From assembly GCA_018653605.1 (NCBI GenBank), contig JABHYY010000018.1:120413-184412 (forward strand): a stretch of 64,000 bases of DNA, given 5' to 3'. The stretch's first letter is position 1. Each line of letters starts with the position of its first letter. Shown here piece by piece: positions 59,501 to 64,000 of the stretch. Position numbers and translations under genes: made by a program. The notes under the pieces were generated by a model, which worked only from the letters and a program-made list of their open reading frames with translations, was not told where the DNA came from and made no database searches. This stretch comes from an archaeon (GTDB lineage Archaea; Nanobdellota; Nanobdellia; SCGC-AAA011-G17; GW2011-AR17).

Positions 59501-62500
59501 CTTGTAAAGAAGTTACTCCAGTTTTATAAAAAGAATTAGAACCATCATTCATATAAAATCTCATAACATCCCCACCATTAAGAACAGCCACATACCAATT
59601 TCTAGGACTACTTTGATCTTTAGATATCACATAAGCATCTTGAGTATCTGATGGAAGTGAATAAAAATAAACCCATGTTGATATTGTCCTATCTTTGGTC
59701 AAACTTAATGAAGTAGAATCTAGAACTTTAAAATAAGTTTGGGAGGCACCAGAAAAAGTATAAGCACCAAAACCATCATAACCACCAGTAAGATTCCAAG
59801 TTGCAGCAGCATTAGTTCCATTATTTTCATAACCAGAATAATCTTTTCCACCTTCATCACTACCATTATTTTCAAAAGGCATGTTCAACACAATAGTACT
59901 ATTTCCATTAAGATACCAATTATAAATATTCTTCACAGCACCACCATCAGCGTCGGCAGTACTTACATTCCAAACAGTCAAGTTAGCACTAGTTAAATTT
60001 GCACTAGTTGTAGCATTCAAAGTAGGAGTATTTTGTATTGGTGCAGCATTAACAATACTAATACTTACATTTGCACTCCAAGAACTCCAAACAGTGCCAT
60101 CATAAACTCTAATAGACAAGTTCCAAACTTCATCCTTACTAATATTACCACCAGCAACAGTTGTAGAATTTAATAACCCACTCTGTAAAGCACCATCCTT
60201 AAACCACCTAGTTTCATTCAAAACTTGACTATCAGCATCAGCATCACCCATGTCCCAAGAACTTTGTAAAGTACCATTACTATAATTATTAACACTAGTT
60301 GAATTCATTGTAATATTACCAACAGTAGGAGCACTATTCAAAACAGTTAAAGTATTAGACCAAATTGTAGCACCATCAATCAAACCATCATTAGGTGTTA
60401 CAGTAGCATTCCAAACATCACCAGTAGAAGTCTCTTGTGAAACTATTTTATCAGTTTGATTCATATAAAGAGCTCTAATTTGTTCTGGAGATAAGGTTGA
60501 ATTAAATACTAAAATATCATCTACACTCCCTTCAAAATAATTACTCTTCCCACCATTATTAATCTCTCCTGTCCCTATAAATCCATTGTCTAACCCAGTT
60601 AAATCATTAAACCATTTAGTTTTGTCATTTGAACTAATAAATGTTTGAGCAACCTCTACTCCATTAACATATACTACTGGACTAACCCCATCTTGAACTA
60701 AAGCTACATGTGTCCAAACGCCATTAGAAAAGGCTGCAGAATTAGTGTCAATTTGCCATTGGAGTGAACCAGCATCATATACAATTGCCCTGAATTTTGC
60801 ATCTGTTGATACTTGTATAAGTACAAATTCATTTGCATTAGTATCTGCAAAACCAAAAACTCTATCATTAGATGCTGGTGTAGCATCGACAGGTTTCCAC
60901 CACATTGACCATGTTCCTTGTGTTGTACTCGATAAAGAGTTTGTTAAAGAATTTGTAATTTCAATATAACTACTACTACCATCAAACTCATAAGCACCAA
61001 AGCCATCAAAACCACCAGAACTACTCCAAGTTGCACCAACATTAGTTCCATTATTATCAGAACCAGAATAATCTTTAGCATTTGTTGAATTTGTATCTCC
61101 TTCAAAAGGCATATTAAGAACTGTCAAACTATTCCCATTTAGGTACCAATTATAAACATTCTTAACAGCACCACCATCAGCGTCGGCAGTACTTACATTC
61201 CAAACAGTCAAATTAGCACTAGTTAAATTTGCAGTAGTTGTAGCATTCAAAGTAGGAGTACCTTGTGTAGGAGCACTATTCAAAACAGTTAAACTATTAG
61301 ACCAAGTTGTAGCACCATCAACAGTTCCATCATTAGGTGTAATTGTAGCATTCCAAACATCACCAGTAGAAGTTTCTTGTGAAACAATTACATTGGTTTG
61401 ATTCATATACAAAGCTCTTACTTGTTCTGCAGATAAAGAACTATTAAAAATCATAACATCATCAATTGAACCATTAAAATAACTTGTAGCTGAAGAACCA
61501 AACCTACCAATAGCCAAAATACCAGAAGTATCTAAATTCCCAACTGAAGATATGCTATCTCTATCTTCTTCAATACCATTAACATAAATTACTTGATCAC
61601 CATCTCTATCTAATGTCCAAGCAACATGATACCAATCATTATTACTAACATTTGTAGTTCCTATTGAAGGGATATTATTTGAACCATCATTAACTCTTGC
61701 AAGAATTGCTCCAGTTGTTGTTACTTGTAATCGATATAATGGGGTTGAACCAGCACTCTTAGCTATAATCTCCTGAGTATTTTTCAAAGTTTTTATCCAT
61801 AAAGAAATACTCAAGTCAGTTGCAGTCCCAATGTCAATTTTATCACCCAAATCAATATAGTCACCACTTCCATCAAACTCATAAGCACCAAAGCCATCAT
61901 AACCACCAGTTCCATTCCAAACAGCATTATACCTTGTACCATTATAACTCAATTCAGAATAATCTTTAGTATTAGAAGAGTTTGAATCACCTTCAAAAGG
62001 CATATTCAAAACAGAAATACTTGTACTATTCTTATACCAGTTAATAATATTCTTCACAGCACCACCATCAGCATCGGCAGTACTTACATTGTATACAGTT
62101 AAATTACCACTAGTTAAATTTGCAGTAGTGGTAGCATTCAAAATAGGAGTATCATGTATTGGTATAGCATTAACAATACTAATACTAACATTAGAACTCC
62201 ATGCACTCCAAGAAGTACCATCATAAACTCTAATACTTAAATTCCAAACTTCACTCTGACTAATATTACCACCATCAACAGTTGTAGAATTTAACAAACC
62301 ACTCTGTAAAGCATCATCCTTAAACCAACGAGTCTCATTCAAAGACTGAGAATCACCATCAGCATCACCCATGTCCCAGTAACTTTGCAAAGTACCATTA
62401 CTATAATTGTTAGAACTAGTTGAATTCATTGTAATGTTACCAACAGTAGGAGCAGAATTTGCAGCAACAACAGTAACAGAGTTAGACCAAGTTGTAGCAC

Positions 62501-64000
62501 CATCAATCAAACCATCATTAGGTGTTACTGTAGCATTCCAAACCTCACCAACAGAAGTTTCATTTGAATGTATAAAATTAGTTTGATTTTCATATATAGC
62601 AAGTATTTGATTTGCACTCAAACTCCTATTAATAATCATTACTTCATCTATAGTTCCATTAAAAAAACCAGCACCTGCAACATTATATTTTCCAATAAAT
62701 ACATCATTACCATTAACTATTGAACCTGGAACAGAAGTTTGAGTCCTATCAAAAGCCCCATTAACATAAAAACTAAGATCAGTACCATTTTTTGTAACGG
62801 CCAAATGATACCAAGTCCCATCATCAATTCCACTTATTGCACCAGAACTAGTAGTTAAGGAAGTACCATTATGTATTAACAGAAGTTGCGCTCCACCAAC
62901 CCCTATTCTCCAATGCCAGTAAGGAGATGAATTTCTTTTTGATACTATTGCAAATGAATCTCCTCCAGGAACTTCGCTATCAGCTTTTACCCATGCTGCC
63001 ATTGTAAAAGTATCACTCACACCTAATGTTGTAGGATTACCTACATCAATATAATCATCAACACCATCAAACTCAAAAGCACCAAAGCCATCATAACCAC
63101 CAGTTAGATTATGATAAGCACCAGGATTAACTGCGCCCCAAACTAAAGTACCATTATTTCCATAACCAGAATAATCTTTAATAACAGAAGTATTACTATT
63201 ATGTCCTTCCATAGGCATATTCAACACAGCTAAACTAATACCATCCTTAAACCAATTAATAACATTCTTCACAGGGTTACCATCAGCGTCGGCAGTACTA
63301 ACATTATACACAGTTAAATTTGCACTAGTTAAATTTGCAGTAGTGGTAGCATTCAAAATAGGAGTGCTTTGTGTAGGAGCACTATTCAAAATAGTTAAAC
63401 TATTAGACCAAGCAGTCGCACCATTAATATAACCATCATTAGGTGTCATTGTTGCATTCCAAACTTGACCTGTAACAGTTTCTTGTGAAACTAAAACTTC
63501 AGTTTGATTCATATACAATGCTCTAATTTGTTCAGCTGACAAATCCCTATTATAGATAACAATCTCATCCAACCAACCTGTAAAATAATCACTAACAGCC
63601 TCACAAGCCACATAAATCATTTCATTATTAACAATGCTACCACTATCAGCTTCACTAACTTCAAAAGCACCATCAATATAAATACTCTTTGTTGTTTTAT
63701 TCTTAACTAAAGCAACTTGATGCCACTGTGAATCACTCACATCAGTTGTTGAAACTAAACCATCATCAACAGCAACAAACTTAATTTTTCCATTTCCATT
63801 ATCTAAAGCTACAGCCCAACCTGCATTTCCACCACCAGCCTGGTCCCTTTCAAATAAAACTTTACTAGAATACCAATCACCACTATCTCCAGTATCAGAA
63901 GTGTTAACCCAAAAAACAATAGTCATAGCTTCAGAATCTAAAGAAGCAGAATTAGCAATTGTAAAATAATCTCCACTTCCATCAAAATAATAAGCACCCC
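53532..64000 (-). CDS. Partial CDS (N-terminus beyond the window end): giant surface protein longer than 3,464 aa, with ≥11 laminin-G/ConA-like lectin domains, interleaved Ig-like repeats, dense N-glycosylation sequons and a C-terminal two-domain module + TM anchor
   Basis: The recurrent LamG_3 end motif is G(S/T)IDEVM(I/V)(F/W)N(R/S)SLSAEQ(V/I)RALYMNQT. The ~95-aa repeats read ITMNSTSxNNYSNGTLQSSWD...RWFKDGALQSGLLNSTTV...EVWNLSIRVYDGTxWSxWSSNVSI. A Gly10 linker precedes the C-terminal module and TM helix. Reading upstream of the Met at 63926 stays open (…GAYYFDGSGDYFTIANSASLDSEA-M…) to the window edge. Confidence 0.7.
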   Translation of the reverse strand, partial: GAYYFDGSGDYFTIANSASLDSEAMTIVFWVNTSDTGDSGDWYSSKVLFERDQAGGGNAGWAVALDNGNGKIKFVAVDDGLVSTTDVSDSQWHQVALVKNKTTKSIYIDGAFEVSEADSGSIVNNEMIYVACEAVSDYFTGWLDEIVIYNRDLSAEQIRALYMNQTEVLVSQETVTGQVWNATMTPNDGYINGATAWSNSLTILNSAPTQSTPILNATTTANLTSANLTVYNVSTADADGNPVKNVINWFKDGISLAVLNMPMEGHNSNTSVIKDYSGYGNNGTLVWGAVNPGAYHNLTGGYDGFGAFEFDGVDDYIDVGNPTTLGVSDTFTMAAWVKADSEVPGGDSFAIVSKRNSSPYWHWRIGVGGAQLLLIHNGTSLTTSSGAISGIDDGTWYHLAVTKNGTDLSFYVNGAFDRTQTSVPGSIVNGNDVFIGKYNVAGAGFFNGTIDEVMIINRSLSANQILAIYENQTNFIHSNETSVGEVWNATVTPNDGLIDGATTWSNSVTVVAANSAPTVGNITMNSTSSNNYSNGTLQSYWDMGDADGDSQSLNETRWFKDDALQSGLLNSTTVDGGNISQSEVWNLSIRVYDGTSWSAWSSNVSISIVNAIPIHDTPILNATTTANLTSGNLTVYNVSTADADGGAVKNIINWYKNSTSISVLNMPFEGDSNSSNTKDYSELSYNGTRYNAVWNGTGGYDGFGAYEFDGSGDYIDLGDKIDIGTATDLSISLWIKTLKNTQEIIAKSAGSTPLYRLQVTTTGAILARVNDGSNNIPSIGTTNVSNNDWYHVAWTLDRDGDQVIYVNGIEEDRDSISSVGNLDTSGILAIGRFGSSATSYFNGSIDDVMIFNSSLSAEQVRALYMNQTNVIVSQETSTGDVWNATITPNDGTVDGATTWSNSLTVLNSAPTQGTPTLNATTTANLTSANLTVWNVSTADADGGAVKNVYNWYLNGNSLTVLNMPFEGDTNSTNAKDYSGSDNNGTNVGATWSSSGGFDGFGAYEFDGSSSYIEITNSLTNSLSSTTQGTWSMWWKPVDATPASNDRVFGFADTNANEFVLIQVSTDAKFRAIVYDAGSLQWQIDTNSAAFSNGVWTHVALVQDGVSPVVYVNGVEVAQTFISSNDKTKWFNDLTGLDNGFIGTGEINNGGKSNYFEGSVDDILVFNSTLSPEQIRALYMNQTDKIVSQETSTGDVWNATVTPNDGLIDGATIWSNTLTVLNSAPTVGNITMNSTSVNNYSNGTLQSSWDMGDADADSQVLNETRWFKDGALQSGLLNSTTVAGGNISKDEVWNLSIRVYDGTVWSSWSANVSISIVNAAPIQNTPTLNATTSANLTSANLTVWNVSTADADGGAVKNIYNWYLNGNSTIVLNMPFENNGSDEGGKDYSGYENNGTNAAATWNLTGGYDGFGAYTFSGASQTYFKVLDSTSLSLTKDRTISTWVYFYSLPSDTQDAYVISKDQSSPRNWYVAVLNGGDVMRFYMNDGSNSFYKTGVTSLQVDTWYHLAAVYDTSVPNITMYINGVEEGGTVTGTIQSATSDTNNDLYIGSRDGDSSHRFSGNIDEVMIWNRSLSAEQVRAIYMNQTNVIVSQEISAADVWNATITPNDGTIDGATVWSNSVTVVAANFAPTVGNITMNSTSSNNYSNGTLQSSWDMGDADVDSQVLNETRWFRDGILQVLNSTTVDLGNLTGGEVWNLSIRVYDGTVWSAWSSNVSISLGNPPPYVTNLVMNSTNANNYSNGTLQSSWTFSDLDSDSQVLNETKWFKDGALQSGLLNSTTVVAGNLSGAEVWNLSVRLYDGTSWSGWSYNVSISILNSAPHQGTPVLNATTSANLTSANLTVYNVSTADADGGAVKNIINWYKNGTSITVLNMPFENNGSDEGGKDYSGYENNGTKAGATWNSTGGYDGFGAYEFDGVNDKIVVSDNNKFDFGNFTDFSLSYWINDDDGVGEDVISKRNGLSSAPGFFCSNAGTDKVYCEISDTEFDEVFKVGTVTVADGTWHHVSVTFDRDADMSIYVDGAFDVSSDISSIGDINTTKELLIGLNGNGARDYNGSIDEVMVFNHSLSAEQVRALYMNQSNKMVSQETSKGDVWNATVTPNDGLIDGATVWSNSVTILNSAPTQGTPILNATTSSNTTSDNLTVYNVSTADADSDNVKNVYNWYLNGNSTTVLNIPFENNGSDEGGKDYSGYGNNGTNIGATWNSTGGYDGFGAYEFDGNADSINVSWSSSLNITGPISISSWIYIKGYGPSDHSHIAGKLDEDLGPYSDVDYYIGLFSRDPIFIIADSSTGTQATDTTDVPLNTWVHIVATWDGTTNTNGMKMYRNGNLSTETTSTISSIEGSTSKFHVGTRDYTYEFNGTIDEVMVWNRSLSAEQVEALYMNQTNKIVSQEISSDDVWNVTITPNDGLIDGASVWSNSLTISNSAPTVGNITMNSTSVNNYSNGTLQSSWDFGDADADSQVLNETRWFKDGALQSGLLNSTDVALGNLTGGEVWNLSIRVYDGTVWSSWSSNVSVTLGNPAPYITNLVMNSTSVNNYSNGTLQSSWTFNDLDSDSQVLNETRWFKDGSLQSGLLNFTTIVAGNLTGGEVWNLSIRVYDGTSWSGWSSNVSVTLSNPAPYVTNLVMNSTSVNNYSNSTLQSSWTFNDLDSDSQVLNETRWFKDGALQIINSTNVVAGNLTGGEVWNLSIRVYDGTSWSGWSSNVSVTLDNPAPYVTNFAMNATSSTNYSNSTLQTSWTFSDLDSDSEVLNETRWFKDSALQSSLLNSTSVTEGNVSKEEVWNFSVRVFDGTSWGGWIDNLSVTTLNAPPYQGVPSLNFSGTNITTDNITLYNYSSDVDSDSVKNIVNWYKDGASLTVLNMPFDINGSEDNSSGVKDYSEYSNNGTLGNATFEFKPVWNQSGGYDGSGAYVFYEDYIAVPNDGRYDFEDENFSIVFWMKNLAPVSDTEERKMVSNGRVGNNKGYYVGYQASNDRLYFGDVGGAGYVNSVGFSDGGWHHVAAVYTEGYNYSLYFDGDALSITLSGVMDGFNATGEELCIGSYIYGYSRFEFNGSLDEVMIFNQSLSVEQVRAIYASDNVIVAEEIGGGDVWNASVTPNDGFVDGATVWTNSLTVLNSLPSFVVTMNSSSDENLTSGNLQSSWTFSDIDGDSQVLNETRWSKDDALQSGLLNSTTVASANLTGGDVWSLSVRIYDGNGWSSWSDNLSVTIVAVAAEEEEAAAVGGGGGGGGGGSSKDDDENESIIRAPEIPVQSFSVDEYSFDFSAVKGFITSDSFEINNNLLVPIEVTIELIGLDILDIEGSVITLQPGESRSISFNLVPTETGVFAGTIKLYYGNEVFNIPVSINVQSEKSLFDINVNLFDKRIAPGDKITGQIFLLQAGFQQKEDVTLNYVVKDFYGNTLLTESDTIAVFEQALFNKELDISGLPVGDYVYGAEVVYSGGVATASEQFAVVDTELSESQWILTLTLSVVVLIFLIIVIVKYKKLLPFR
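54400..63900. repeat. Intragenic tandem repeats (~0.9-1.2 kb units and ~285-bp subunits) within the giant surface protein gene
   Basis: Near-identical DNA blocks recur, for example ccaaacagtagcaccatcaatcaaaccatcattaggtgtaacagtagcattccaaacatcacc and aaaggcatgttcaacac.... Confidence 0.75.

Noticed and set aside
63924-63926. The Met listed as the start of the 3,464-aa ORF
   Set aside because: The in-frame upstream sequence stays open to the window edge and encodes the beginning of another LamG unit (GAYYFDGSGDYF...). The Met is internal. The gene is 5'-partial.
1-64000. CRISPR arrays, rRNA/tRNA genes, and transposase/integrase genes
   Set aside because: No regularly spaced short direct repeats with unique spacers were seen. 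There are no GC-rich structured-RNA-sized intergenic regions; the largest intergenic gaps are 217, 173 and 113 bp. No DDE/tyrosine-recombinase-like ORFs were found.

Overview
This is an AT-rich archaeal window. The proteome is lysine-rich and carries archaeal information-processing markers (PCNA, TFS, RpoL, aMBF1, Sec11-type signal peptidase). I found no rRNA, tRNA, CRISPR array or recognisable transposase/integrase. Functions are assigned from motifs read in the translations; no database search was possible.

The window has three parts:

1. **1-8.9 kb, compact housekeeping block.** It holds a NUDIX hydrolase, a PhoU-like regulator, PCNA, TFS, signal peptidase I, RpoL, a METTL5-like methyltransferase and MBF1. 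An overlapping HTH/PIN-like gene pair of unknown function sits at 878-2103. A partial acidic secreted protein runs off the left edge; it is absent from the supplied ORF track.

2. **8.95-47.9 kb, a ~39 kb glycan-biosynthesis island.**
 - Sugar-nucleotide and transferase genes: an AglH/WecA-like GlcNAc-1-P transferase, the CDP-sugar genes rfbF/rfbG plus an epimerase/reductase, four SAM methyltransferases, three GT2 and six GT4 glycosyltransferases.
 - Membrane components: a Wzx-type flippase, an LPG-synthase-like flippase domain and two GT-C-like membrane proteins.
 - Other: a heparinase II/III-like protein and a nucleoside-2-deoxyribosyltransferase-like protein.
 - Unusual content: four SPASM/twitch-type radical SAM enzymes, three B12-binding radical SAM enzymes and three DUF362 Fe-S paralogs (one fused to a 2x[4Fe-4S] ferredoxin), arranged in translationally coupled operons.
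 - I take this radical-SAM/DUF362 glycan-tailoring module to be the most likely novel system in the window.
 - Other oddities in the island: a Cys-rich 96-aa ORF directly upstream of a SPASM radical SAM (possibly a RiPP/QhpC-like precursor), and a 913-aa protein built of ~38-aa tandem repeats. A 40-bp direct repeat also duplicates the 3' end of a methyltransferase gene and flanks an 82-aa ORF, which looks like an integration scar. A 52-nt divergent promoter module is present twice, plus a partial third copy.

3. **47.9-64 kb, a minus-strand operon of three surface proteins.** All three share a C-terminal module of two beta-rich domains followed by a TM anchor.
 - The largest is partial and longer than 3,464 aa. 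It continues past the right edge; its apparent ATG start is internal. It carries at least eleven laminin-G/ConA-like domains and dense N-x-S/T sequons. It is the probable glycoprotein substrate of the adjacent island.
 - A 1,451-aa paralog looks like an in-frame tandem fusion of two such modules. It ends in a ~500-aa E/K/R-rich single-alpha-helix-like tail encoded by a ~0.9 kb polypurine/polypyrimidine tract.
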